NCBI GenBank assembly: GCA_963842125.1
Contig: CAWJFE010000005.1
Span: 1,921,356-1,985,355, forward strand
Source of the DNA: an uncultured Alphaproteobacteria bacterium
GTDB taxonomy: Bacteria > Pseudomonadota > Alphaproteobacteria > Rhizobiales > CAWCWK01
Length of the DNA stretch: 64,000 bases
Direction: 5' to 3'
Position 1 is the stretch's first letter. Each line of letters begins with the position of its first letter. The notes beneath the pieces are model-generated. The model was not told the DNA's origin. It ran no database searches and saw nothing but the letters and a program-made list of their open reading frames with translations. Of this stretch, positions 38,238 through 47,684 are shown piece by piece. Position numbers and translations under genes: made by a program.

Positions 38238-39750
38238 CTAGTTCAGCGTGATGCGCCCTTCGGGCGCAGGCGAGATCTCGCCGGCCGAACGGATGAAGGC
38301 CATCACATCGTTGGCCATCAAGGAACCCGTCGTCGCGTCCTTGACCGGCGTGCCCTCGGTGAAGGCCACATAGCCGTCGCCGCCTCGCGCCATGAAGTCG
38401 TTGGTCGCAACAAGATAGGTCGCATCCCTGTCGAGGGGTGCGTCGCCGACCATGACGGCAGGTGACCCGGCTGCCAGCCGCCGCCGCAGTATCGACCTCT
38501 ACGGTGAGCCCCGAGACGTGCGGGAACTTGCCGGCCCGATCCTCGACTGCCGAGAAACCGTTCTCCAATAGCGCCATGACCTGAGCGCCAGTCAGCTCAT
38601 AGGACACCGTCTTGTTGCCGAAGGGCAGCTCGGTCAGCACGTCCCGGCGGGTGAGCGCGGTGCCGGCCTCGTATTCCTTGTCGCCGCGAATGCCGCCGCC
38701 ATTGGTGATGCCGATATCGGCCTCGACCGCCTCGCGCATCGCATCGACGATGAGGTTGCCCATCGCCGTCTCCTGCGTGCGGACCGACGCGCGGCGGCTG
38801 TCGAGGGCCGTCGTCGTGGTGCCGATCTCGACGTTGAGCTCGGTGTCGAGCGTCTCGTTGTAGCCGTCGAGCATGGCCTGGATGTCGGCGTCGGGCTCGA
38901 AGTCGGCCGTATCGATGATGCGGAAGCTCGGATCGACCTCGATCTCCTGCGCGTCGCCCTCGCCTTCGATGGTGAAGGTGACGTCGACGACCGGCAGGTA
39001 CTGCGCCTGCTCGCGCGCCTCCACCAGGCCGACATCGCCATCATAGAGCGTGGTGAGGATGTGATCGTCGCCCGAGAAGACGAAGTCGGCGATCCCGCTC
39101 GAGAACATCGCCATGTCCTCGGCACGCCCCGCATGGGTGAGCGCGACGATGGCGTCTGCGCCGGCTTCCCGCAACGCGGTCGCTTCCTCCTCGAGCGTGT
39201 CCATAAGGTCGAGGAACTGCACGTCGCCGGGGCTCGACTTCTGGATCGCATCCGCAGAGGACAGGCCGATGACGCCGACCTGGATCGGGCCGAACTCCAA
39301 CGTCGCCGTATCGGTGAACCCGGCAAGCTCGGAACCGTCGGCCTCCCGCAGGTTCGCCGCGACCTTGGTCACGTCGAGCTCGCCCATGCGGGTGCGGAAG
39401 ATCTCGGGGCCGAAGTCGAACTCGTGGTTGCCGGGCACCATCACGTCGACGCCGACGGCGTTCAATAGCTGGATGATGTGCTCACCCTGGTCGATGCCGG
39501 CCAGCAGCGAGGGCGAGATCGAATCGCCGGCATGCAGCACGACGACGTTCTCGTTCGCCTCGCGCTCCGCCTTGATGGCCGAGGCCAGTCGCGCGAAGCC
39601 GCCGCGATCGACCGGGTCGATCTTCTCGATGTCGCTGACCGCGATCATGGTGACGGTGACAGTCTGCGCATCCTGCGCGAGGGCGATCGGGGCGAGTGCG
39701 GATCCGGCGACGAGTGCGGTCACAGAGGCGGAGAGGAGGAGACGATTCAT
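38238..39750 (-). pseudogene. Periplasmic 5'-nucleotidase/UshA-like metallophosphoesterase with a single frameshift near 38460
   Basis: The 533-aa ORF has a signal peptide, metallophosphatase blocks (VLHAGDSISP, GNHEFD) and a nucleotidase C-domain (ETAMGNLIVDAM, GITNGGGIRGD). After ...AAAAGSRVT the frame turns to Arg/Cys-rich nonsense. The conserved tail AVMVGDAPLDRDATYLVATNDFMARGGDGY...RITLN continues in ORF 38238..38453. Confidence 0.75.
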
Positions 39751-39862
39751 GGGGGAGCTCCGAAGGGTGGCATTGCCCCGCAGGATATCAGGGCACGCTT
39801 TTCCATATCAGGCTCGGAGCGTGACGCAACGGGGGCCGGGCCGCCACTCCCGCGCTCCTGGC

Positions 39863-40180
39863 TCAGACGATGAGCGCGCCGAGCATCAAGGCCGCAGACA
39901 GCGCGATGAGGTGCACCGACCGGGCGCCGCCTGGAGCGGGTCGCATCACGATGGCGCGAAACGCAGCGAGGCCGGACATGATGGCGCCTGCGTAGAGAAA
40001 GGCGCCAGCGCCCGTCAGCGTCCGCTGGCCCGAACGCATCGCCAGCGTGACCTCGCCCTCGATGAGGACGATGAGGAGATCGGTGAGGTGGTAGGCGACG
40101 ACGAGGGCGACGACGATGCAGAGCAGCGCCTGCCCGTGGGCCCGGCGCGTGTCGGGCGCGTATCTGCTCGGCTTCGTCAT
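39863..40180 (-). CDS. Hypothetical small membrane protein (3 predicted helices)
   Basis: 105-aa ORF with a strong RBS (GGAGG 6 nt before ATG 40180). It has three hydrophobic stretches: LLCIVVALVVAYHLTDLLIVLI, GAFLYAGAIMSGLAAF and VHLIALSAALMLGALIV. Confidence 0.5.
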   Translation of the reverse strand: MTKPSRYAPDTRRAHGQALLCIVVALVVAYHLTDLLIVLIEGEVTLAMRSGQRTLTGAGAFLYAGAIMSGLAAFRAIVMRPAPGGARSVHLIALSAALMLGALIV

Positions 40181-40323
40181 GCGGCGCCTCCGGTCGGCTC
40201 GGGTCCGCGCGGCGCGACCCCGTGGACCCCTAGTTTCTCGCCGATGCGGTCTATATTCCGGGACAATGCCGCCGTGCCGCCATGAGACGGTCGGCGCCTT
40301 CCCGATCCCGAAGAGACCCGGCC

Positions 40324-41397
40324 ATGACCGTCCATCAACCCACGCAGGCCTTCCACGACCTCGACGATCCGAGCGCCGTTCGCCTGCCCGCCGACCACCC
40401 GGCAGTGAAGGCCAAGAAGATCGGCGTGCTGCTCATCAACTTGGGCACGCCGGACGATACGTCCTATTGGTCGATGCGGCGGTATCTCGAAGAGTTCCTG
40501 ATGGACCGGCGCGTCATCGAGACGCCGCGCGCCCTCTGGTGGCCGATCCTCCACGGCATCATCCTCCAGACGCGGCCGAAGAAGTCGGGCGCCAACTACG
40601 ACACGATCTGGAATACCGAGCTCGACGAGAGCCCGCTGCGGACCATCACGCGGTCGCAGTCCGACAAGATGGCAGCGACGTTTGCCGAGCATCCCGACAT
40701 CATCGTCGACTGGGCGATGCGCTACGGCAATCCGTCGATCAAGTCGCGGCTCGATGCGCTGACCGAGGCGGGCGCCGAGCGCATCCTCCTCTTCCCGCTC
40801 TATCCGCAATACGCGGCGGCCACGACCGCGACCGTCAACGACAAGGCCTTCGACGCCTTGAAAAAGATGCGCCGCCAGCCGGCCGTGCGCACCGTGCCGG
40901 CCTATCATGACGATCCGGTCTATATCGATGCGCTCTGCGAGAGCCTGGTCGGCCATATCGAGGCGCTCGACTTCGAGCCCGAGAAGGTCATTGCGTCCTT
41001 TCACGGCGTGCCGAAAGAGTATCTCGACAAGGGCGATCCCTACCATTGCCACTGCCACAAGACGGCGCGGCTGATGCGCGAGCGGCTCGGGTGGTCGGAG
41101 GACTATCTCCTCAACACGTTCCAGAGCCGCTTCGGGCCGGCAGAATGGCTGCAACCATACACTGACAAGACGGTCGAGCGGCTGGCCAAGGAAGGCGTCA
41201 AGCGCCTCGCCGTCGTCTGCCCGGGCTTCGTGTCGGACTGCGTGGAGACGCTGGAGGAGATCGCCGGCGAGAATGGCGAGATTTTCCACGAACATGGCGG
41301 CGAGCATTTCGCGGCCATCCCATGCCTGAACGACTCGGCAGAGGGCATGCGGGTGATCGAACATGTCGTTCGTCGGGAACTCGGTGGCTGGATCTAG
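40324..41397 (+). CDS. hemH: Ferrochelatase
   Basis: I prefer the start at ATG 40324 (MTVHQPTQ...), giving 357 aa. IGVLLINLGTPD, LFPLYPQYAAATT, SFHGVPK, FQSRFGP..WLQPYT and the GFVSDCVETLEEI blocks are present. Confidence 0.9.
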   Translation: MTVHQPTQAFHDLDDPSAVRLPADHPAVKAKKIGVLLINLGTPDDTSYWSMRRYLEEFLMDRRVIETPRALWWPILHGIILQTRPKKSGANYDTIWNTELDESPLRTITRSQSDKMAATFAEHPDIIVDWAMRYGNPSIKSRLDALTEAGAERILLFPLYPQYAAATTATVNDKAFDALKKMRRQPAVRTVPAYHDDPVYIDALCESLVGHIEALDFEPEKVIASFHGVPKEYLDKGDPYHCHCHKTARLMRERLGWSEDYLLNTFQSRFGPAEWLQPYTDKTVERLAKEGVKRLAVVCPGFVSDCVETLEEIAGENGEIFHEHGGEHFAAIPCLNDSAEGMRVIEHVVRRELGGWI

Positions 41398-41467
41398 AGC
41401 GCTCTCCGCCCTTGCCGAACGTCCGTCTTTCGTTTCACTCTCTGGCCGTACCCCTCCACGGAAGGCC

Positions 41468-43225
41468 ATGCCCATGCCTCGCATTCTCGCTGCCCTCGCC
41501 CTCACGACGGCCCTCACGACGCCGGCGCTCGCCCAGCAAGCGACGGACGCGGTCGAGCCGGAAGTGGCCACGCCGCTGGCCGCACCCTCGCCCGACGCGG
41601 TCTCGGGCGCGGATGACTACATGGTTGCGGCGGCGAACCCGATCGCCGCGCAGGCGGGCTACGATGTGCTCGCCAATGGTGGCAACGCGGTCGACGCGAT
41701 GGTGGCCGTCCAGCTAATGCTGAACCTCGTCGAGCCCCAATCCTCCGGCATCGGCGGCGGCGCCTTCCTTCTCTATTATGACGCGGAGGACGGCCTGACG
41801 AGCTATGACGGGCGTGAAAAGGCCCCGATGGCCGTGACGCCCGACTATTTCCTCGGCGAGGATGGCGAACCCAAGCCCTTCTTCGAGGCGGTGACGGGTG
41901 GCGGCTCGGTCGGCGTGCCCGGCACGCTGAAGCTTCTCTATGAGGTCCACGCCGCGCACGGTTCGCAGCCCTGGGAGACGCTTCTGGAGCCCGTCATCGC
42001 GCAAGCCGAGGCCGGCTTTGCGATCAGCCCGCGCCTCTCCGCATCCATCGCCGGTAGCCAGGAGCGCGGCCTCGACGCATTCGATACCGCGCGGCGCTAT
42101 TTCTTCGAGGCTGACGGCACGGCCAAAGCCGCCGGCACACAGCTGACGAACCCCGAGTTCGCCGAGACGCTGCGCGCCGTCCAGGCCGGTGTCGATGCGT
42201 TCTATACGGGCGACATCGCGGCCAGTATCGTCGAGGCGATCAAGACCGAGATCAATCCCGGCGTCATGACGATGGACGATCTCGCGGCCTACGAGATCGT
42301 CGAGCGCGAGCCCGTCTGCGCCGAGTATCGCGGCCTCGACATCTGCGGCATGGGCCCACCGTCGTCCGGCGCTCTGACGGTCGGCCAGATCCTCGAACTC
42401 CTCGGTCATTTCGACCTTGAGACGATGGGCTACGGCGCCGATTTCGCGCATCTCTTCGCCGAGGCCGGCAAGCTCGCCTATGCCGACCGAGGCCTCTACA
42501 TGGCCGATAGCGATTTCGTTCGCATGCCGACCGACGGCCTTCTCGACGACACCTACATGACGCTCCGCGCGCAGATGATCGACCGGAACGCGGCGATGGA
42601 GGACGTCGAGGCCGGCAACCCGCCCTGGGACGACGCAATGCTGATGTCGCCGGATCTGCAAGCCGAGCGCCCCGGCACGTCGCATTTCTCGATCGTCGAT
42701 GGCGAGGGTAACGGCATCTCGATGACGACGACGATCGAGACCGGCTTCGGCAGCCGCGTCATGGTCGGCGGGTTCCTCCTCAACAACGAGCTGACCGACT
42801 TCTCCTTCCGCTCCGTAGGTGAGGACGGGCGCCCGATCGCCAACCGCATCGAGCCCGGCAAGCGCCCGCGCTCCTCGATGGCGCCGACCGTCGTGTTGGA
42901 TGACGAGGAGCCGATGCTCCTCATCGGATCGCCCGGCGGCAGCCGCATCATCGCCTACGTCGCGCAGGCCATCATCGGCATCGTCGACTTCGGCATGACG
43001 CCGCAGGAGGCCGTGGACATGGGCCATGTCGTCAACCGGAACGGCGGGACCGATCTCGAGGCAGGCACAGAGGCCGCCGACTTCGAAGAGGCCCTCGTCG
43101 CGATCGGCCACGAGGTGAACGTGCGCGACCTCAACTCCGGCCTCCACGCCATCCTGATCGAGGAGGACGGCAGCCTGACCGGCGGCGCCGATCCGCGCCG
43201 CGAGGGTGTCGTTCTCGGAGACTGA
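41468..43225 (+). CDS. ggt: Gamma-glutamyltransferase
   Basis: The start is ATG 41468 or 41474 (MPMPRILAALALTTALTTPALA signal). QSSGIGGGAF, the autoprocessing site GTSHFSIVD, and PGKRPRSSMAPT and GSPGGSRII are present. Confidence 0.9.
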   Translation: MPMPRILAALALTTALTTPALAQQATDAVEPEVATPLAAPSPDAVSGADDYMVAAANPIAAQAGYDVLANGGNAVDAMVAVQLMLNLVEPQSSGIGGGAFLLYYDAEDGLTSYDGREKAPMAVTPDYFLGEDGEPKPFFEAVTGGGSVGVPGTLKLLYEVHAAHGSQPWETLLEPVIAQAEAGFAISPRLSASIAGSQERGLDAFDTARRYFFEADGTAKAAGTQLTNPEFAETLRAVQAGVDAFYTGDIAASIVEAIKTEINPGVMTMDDLAAYEIVEREPVCAEYRGLDICGMGPPSSGALTVGQILELLGHFDLETMGYGADFAHLFAEAGKLAYADRGLYMADSDFVRMPTDGLLDDTYMTLRAQMIDRNAAMEDVEAGNPPWDDAMLMSPDLQAERPGTSHFSIVDGEGNGISMTTTIETGFGSRVMVGGFLLNNELTDFSFRSVGEDGRPIANRIEPGKRPRSSMAPTVVLDDEEPMLLIGSPGGSRIIAYVAQAIIGIVDFGMTPQEAVDMGHVVNRNGGTDLEAGTEAADFEEALVAIGHEVNVRDLNSGLHAILIEEDGSLTGGADPRREGVVLGD

Positions 43226-43258
43226 CACCGGTCCGGGCTCGTGGGGGCATCCGAGACC

Positions 43259-44083
43259 CTACGAGCCCAGACGCAGGCCGAAACCGCGCACGATGTGCGC
43301 GGTCGCCGGATCGACGGTCCGGCTGGTGAACTCCGCGCTGTCGGGCTCGCCCTGGATAAGGCTTCGCGGCGCCGGCGGCAGTACGTCGGCCGCACGGCGT
43401 GCGATGGCTTCTGCCGGGTCGAGCCAGTCCACCGGCCATGGGGCAACCCGACGAAAGAGATTGGCGAGAAGGGGATAGTGCGTGCAGGCGAGGACGACGA
43501 TGTCCGTTCGCCGCCCTTCCACCGCGACAAAAGAGGGGGCGATCTCGGCTCGCATCGCGTCGAGGTCCGGCACTTCGCCGCGCAAATGCGCCTCCGCCAT
43601 CGTCGCCAGCCGGATCGAGCCGACGAGCTGGACGGTCCGGCCCGCCGCGAAACGCGCGATCAGTTGGCGTGTGTACTCGCGCTTCACCGTTCCGGGCGTC
43701 GCGAGCACTGCGACGACACCCGAAGCCGTCCGCTCCAGGGCAGGCTTGATGGCGGGCACGGTGCCAATGAACGGCGTGGCGGGGAAGCGTTCGCGGAGGC
43801 GCGCAAGCGCAAGCGTCGACGCGGTGTTGCAGGCGATGACGACCCCGCAAGGCCGGTGCAGATCCACCAAGTGCCCGAGGAGACCGACCAGATGGTCGAG
43901 CAGGACACTTTCATCCCATCCGCCATAGGGAAAGGCCGCGTCGTCTGCGATGTAGACGAAGCGGCGTGTGGGCATGACCGCACGGAGTTCGCGAAGAACC
44001 GTCAGACCGCCCAGGCCGGAGTCGAGCACGAGGAGCGGCCCGTCGGGCGTCGCGGCGGCGCTCACGCCCCGTAGGGAATCCAC
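43259..44083 (-). CDS. murI: Glutamate racemase
   Basis: 274-aa ORF with [11 protein letters not shown], the catalytic-Cys blocks IACNTAST and LACTHYP. An alternative GTG start at 44065 would overlap the ALDH stop (GTGA). Confidence 0.85.
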   Translation of the reverse strand: MDSLRGVSAAATPDGPLLVLDSGLGGLTVLRELRAVMPTRRFVYIADDAAFPYGGWDESVLLDHLVGLLGHLVDLHRPCGVVIACNTASTLALARLRERFPATPFIGTVPAIKPALERTASGVVAVLATPGTVKREYTRQLIARFAAGRTVQLVGSIRLATMAEAHLRGEVPDLDAMRAEIAPSFVAVEGRRTDIVVLACTHYPLLANLFRRVAPWPVDWLDPAEAIARRAADVLPPAPRSLIQGEPDSAEFTSRTVDPATAHIVRGFGLRLGS

Positions 44084-46437
44084 ACCGTCTTCACCCGTGT
44101 CGCCTCGCGCAGGAACGGGCGCCCCTCGGCCGCGTCATCGAACCAGTCGATCCGCTTCTTGAGACCGGTGAAGGTCCGCTTCATGTTGCCGCTCGACGCG
44201 CGCTCGACAGCCTCGGCGGCGGGGCCGAAGCACCAGACGGCGTCGATGTCGAGATGGTCGCCCATCGTCGCGGCGAGCGCGGCGTGGTTGCCCGTGAGGA
44301 TGTTGAGAACGCCCGCCGGCACGTCCGACGTGTCGAGAGTCTGGTAGAGATCCTGCGCCACCAGCGGCGCCGCCTCCGATGCGACCAGGACGACCCGGTT
44401 GCCCATCGCGATGAGCGGCGCGGCGAGGCTGACGAGCCCCAGAAGCGGCGCCTCGCTCGGGGCCAGCACGCCAACGACGCCGACCGGCTCCGTCAAGGCG
44501 AGGGCGAGCCCCGGGTGCCCGAGCGGCGGCACCTGAACGCGCCCGTCATACTTGTCGCTCCAAGCGGCGTAGGTGAAGAGCCGTCGGACGGCGAGATCGA
44601 CTTCGAGCGCGCCGTCGGTCTCGATCTGCGCATCGAGGCGCGCGGCGATCTCGTCGCGGCGGGCGGCGAGGTTCTCGGCCAGATAGTAGAGCACTTGCGC
44701 GCGCAAGTGGGGCGTCGCCGCAGACCAGCCGGAGGCTTTGCGCGCGGCCTCGACGGCGTCGCGCACGTCCTTGCGGTTGGCCTCTGCGACTTCGCCGAGA
44801 CCGGCACCGCTACGGCCTGCGACGGGCCGGCTATAGCCCCCGTCGGGCCGCTTCTGCTTGCCGCCGATATAGAGTTTCGGCGTGCGGTCGACCTGAACGG
44901 GCATGGCTTTGGGGACATCGCTCGTACGCGAAGGCGTCGGCGTTCCGGCATCGTCCCATGCCACCGGCTTCAGGTACTCGTAGGCGCCCTCGACGCCGCC
45001 CTCGCGGCCATAGCCCGACTCGCGCACGCCGCCAAAGGGCGCACCGGCGTCCATCAGGTTCGTTGCGTTCACCCAGACGATGCCGGCCTCGAGGCGCGGC
45101 GCGAGATCGAGCGCCTGACCGATCGTCTCCGACCAGACGGAGGCGGCGAGCCCGTAGCGCGAATTGTTGGCGAGCTGAACGGCTTCGTCGGGCGTGCGGA
45201 AGGTCATCATCACGGCGACGGGGCCGAAGATCTCCTCGCGCGCCACATGATCGGCGGTCGATACGTCCGTCAGCAGTGTCGGCGGCAGGTAGGCGCCCTC
45301 CATCCTATCGGCCCAGCTCGGCTGATGCAGCGTCGCGCCGTCCTCGACACCGCGCGCGACGAGCGCCGTCACGCGCTCGGCATCCGCCCGGCTCACCATC
45401 GCGCCCATATCGACGCTCTTGTCGAGCGGATCGCCGACGCGCAATGTCTCCATCCGGGCGAGAAGCGCGCTGCGGAACGTGTCGGCGACGCCTTCCTGAA
45501 CGAGAAGTCGCGAGCCCGCACAGCAGACCTCGCCCTGGTTGAACCAGATCGCATCGACCACGCCCTCGACGGCACCGTCGATATCGGCGTCGTCGAAGAC
45601 GATGAAGGGCGACTTGCCGCCCAGTTCCAGCGTCAGTCCCTTGCCCGACCCGGCCGTCGCCTCGCGGATGAGGCGGCCGACATCCGTGGAGCCGGTGAAG
45701 GCGACCTTGTCGATCCCGTCATGGCCGGCAATGAGCGCGCCCGTCTCACCGAGGCCCGGCACGACGTTGAGGACGCCAGGCGGCAGGCCGGCATCGCGCG
45801 CGAGCTCGGCGAAGAGGAGTGCGGTCAGCGGCGTCTGCTCGGCCGGCTTCAGCACGACGGTATTGCCGAGAGCGAGCGCGGGCGCGACCTTCCAGGCGAG
45901 CATCAGCAGCGGGAAGTTCCACGGGATGATCTGGCCGACGACGCCGTAGGGGCGATAGCCGGCGAACTCCGTTTCCTGCAGCTGCGCCCAGCCGGCATGG
46001 TGGTAGAAATGCCGGGCGGCGAGCGGAATATCGATGTCGCGCGTCTCGCGGATCGGCTTGCCGTTGTCCATCGCCTCGACGACGGCGAGGAGGCGGGCAT
46101 TGCGCTGGATGGTGCGCGCCAGCGCGTAGAGATGGCGCGCGCGGGCGTGCCCCGGCAATGCGGCCCATTCCGCTTGGGCCTTGCGGGCAGCATCGACGGC
46201 GGCGTCCACCGCGGCTTCGCCGGAGTTGGAGACGGTGGCGAGGGTGTTGCCCGAGGCCGGCGCGGTGACGGCGAAGGTCTGCGATCCGATCTCGCGCCAA
46301 TCGCCGCCGATGAAGGCGCCGAAACGGTTCTGATGGCGGTCCAGCCACGCGCGGGCCTCCCCGTCGGCTTCGGGCGCGGGGCCATAGGGCGAGGCGGAGC
46401 CGTCGCCGAGGGCGTCGAAGAGTTCTGCGACCGACAT
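44062..46437 (-). CDS. Fused aldehyde dehydrogenase: a complete ALDH domain plus a C-terminal truncated ALDH-like domain
   Basis: The start is ATG 46437 ([11 protein letters not shown]...), with AGGAA upstream, giving 791 aa. The N-terminal domain has [15 protein letters not shown] and the catalytic [10 protein letters not shown]. The C-terminal 290 aa repeat the NAD-binding half ([17 protein letters not shown]...[12 protein letters not shown]...[10 protein letters not shown]) and lack the Glu/Cys blocks. Confidence 0.8.
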   Translation of the reverse strand: MSVAELFDALGDGSASPYGPAPEADGEARAWLDRHQNRFGAFIGGDWREIGSQTFAVTAPASGNTLATVSNSGEAAVDAAVDAARKAQAEWAALPGHARARHLYALARTIQRNARLLAVVEAMDNGKPIRETRDIDIPLAARHFYHHAGWAQLQETEFAGYRPYGVVGQIIPWNFPLLMLAWKVAPALALGNTVVLKPAEQTPLTALLFAELARDAGLPPGVLNVVPGLGETGALIAGHDGIDKVAFTGSTDVGRLIREATAGSGKGLTLELGGKSPFIVFDDADIDGAVEGVVDAIWFNQGEVCCAGSRLLVQEGVADTFRSALLARMETLRVGDPLDKSVDMGAMVSRADAERVTALVARGVEDGATLHQPSWADRMEGAYLPPTLLTDVSTADHVAREEIFGPVAVMMTFRTPDEAVQLANNSRYGLAASVWSETIGQALDLAPRLEAGIVWVNATNLMDAGAPFGGVRESGYGREGGVEGAYEYLKPVAWDDAGTPTPSRTSDVPKAMPVQVDRTPKLYIGGKQKRPDGGYSRPVAGRSGAGLGEVAEANRKDVRDAVEAARKASGWSAATPHLRAQVLYYLAENLAARRDEIAARLDAQIETDGALEVDLAVRRLFTYAAWSDKYDGRVQVPPLGHPGLALALTEPVGVVGVLAPSEAPLLGLVSLAAPLIAMGNRVVLVASEAAPLVAQDLYQTLDTSDVPAGVLNILTGNHAALAATMGDHLDIDAVWCFGPAAEAVERASSGNMKRTFTGLKKRIDWFDDAAEGRPFLREATRVKTVWIPYGA

Positions 46438-46448
46438 GGCGCGTTCCT

Positions 46449-47483
46449 TCAGGAAATGGCGTGGCGGTGGGCGGCGGAATAGCGGCCCGTCACGTGATGC
46501 TCCAACTGGCGCTCGATGTCGCCGAGGAGGCTCGATGCCCCGAAGCGGAAGAGGTCGGGCTGGAGCCATGGGAGGCCAAGTTCTTCCAGCATCAGCGTCT
46601 GGAAGGCGAGCGCGGTCTTGGCGTTCGAGATCCCGCCGGCCGGCTTGAAGCCGACCTTGAAGCCGGTCGACGCCTCGTAATGGCGGATCGTGCGCGCCAT
46701 CGTGAGGGCGACGGGCAGGGTCGCGTTGACGCCTTCCTTGCCGGTCGAAGTCTTGATGAAGTCGGCGCCGGCCATCATCGAGACGACGGAGGCGCGGGCG
46801 ACGGCGCGAAGCGTGCCGAGTTCGCCGGTGGCGAGGATCACTTTGAGATGCGCGTCGCCGCAGGCCTCGCGAAAGTCCTTCACTTCGGCGTAGAGTGCCT
46901 CCCAGTCGCCGCGCAGAACGTGCGATCGGGTGACGACGACATCGATTTCGGCGGCCCCGTCGGCGACCGAGCGCTCGATCTCCTTCAGTTTCAGATCGTG
47001 CGGTGTCAGGCCGGCCGGAAAACCCGTCGACACGGCAGCGACCGGGATGCCGGTGCCGGCGAGCGCCTCCACGGCCTCGGCGACGTAGGTGTGATAGACA
47101 CAGACGGCACCGCAGGTGACGGACCGCTCCGCCATGCCGAGCGCGTCGAGAAGCGCATCGTCGAGCGGGCGGCGGGCCTTCGCGCAGAGCCGACGAACAC
47201 GCAGCGCCGTATCGTCGCCGGAGAGCGTCGTCAGGTCGATGCAGGTGATCGCCTTCAGCAACCACGCCGCCTGATGCGCCTTCTTGACGGAGCGCCGCGC
47301 GGGGATCGTGGCGGCCCGGCGCGCGGTCGCGCTCGCGTTGACGCGGACGGCGCGGACGATGCCGAGATCGAGCGCCATACCGGGGTTCCGCTCATGGCCT
47401 CCGGGCGTTCTCGTCTCGCTCGAGGGAGCGGAGTTCGCGGTGGCCTTCGCGGCAGATTTCGCACCGGGAAAGGGTGTCAGCAT
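46449..47483 (-). CDS. deoC: Deoxyribose-phosphate aldolase (long form)
   Basis: I prefer the ATG 47483 start (GGAG upstream) over GTG 47525. IDLTTLSGDDT, CVYHTYV, the Schiff-base region DFIKTSTGK and FKPAGGI are present. Confidence 0.85.
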   Translation of the reverse strand: MLTPFPGAKSAAKATANSAPSSETRTPGGHERNPGMALDLGIVRAVRVNASATARRAATIPARRSVKKAHQAAWLLKAITCIDLTTLSGDDTALRVRRLCAKARRPLDDALLDALGMAERSVTCGAVCVYHTYVAEAVEALAGTGIPVAAVSTGFPAGLTPHDLKLKEIERSVADGAAEIDVVVTRSHVLRGDWEALYAEVKDFREACGDAHLKVILATGELGTLRAVARASVVSMMAGADFIKTSTGKEGVNATLPVALTMARTIRHYEASTGFKVGFKPAGGISNAKTALAFQTLMLEELGLPWLQPDLFRFGASSLLGDIERQLEHHVTGRYSAAHRHAIS

Positions 47484-47684
47484 GGGGCGGCTCCAACCGC
47501 TGAGCCTGGCGTCCCTGGGAGACACCGCGGCCTTATCGTCGATCGCGCGTCACGGTATGGGCGCCATCAAGGGCCGTCAACGCGCAGCCCACGCGCGCCC
47601 GACCTCCTCTGAGGCGACCAAGGTTAAAAGTTCGGAAGGAACTTGCGACCTAAGGTGACGCGACTTCGATCAAGGAATGGTCCG

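Noticed and set aside
41394-41440. A possible third, degenerate copy of the 108-nt repeat after hemH (CTAGAGCGCTCTCCGCCCTTGCCGAACGTCCG...).
   Set aside because: Only the first 8 nt and a short CCGAACG block match, and the remainder does not align. This is too weak to call, and it is mentioned only as context.
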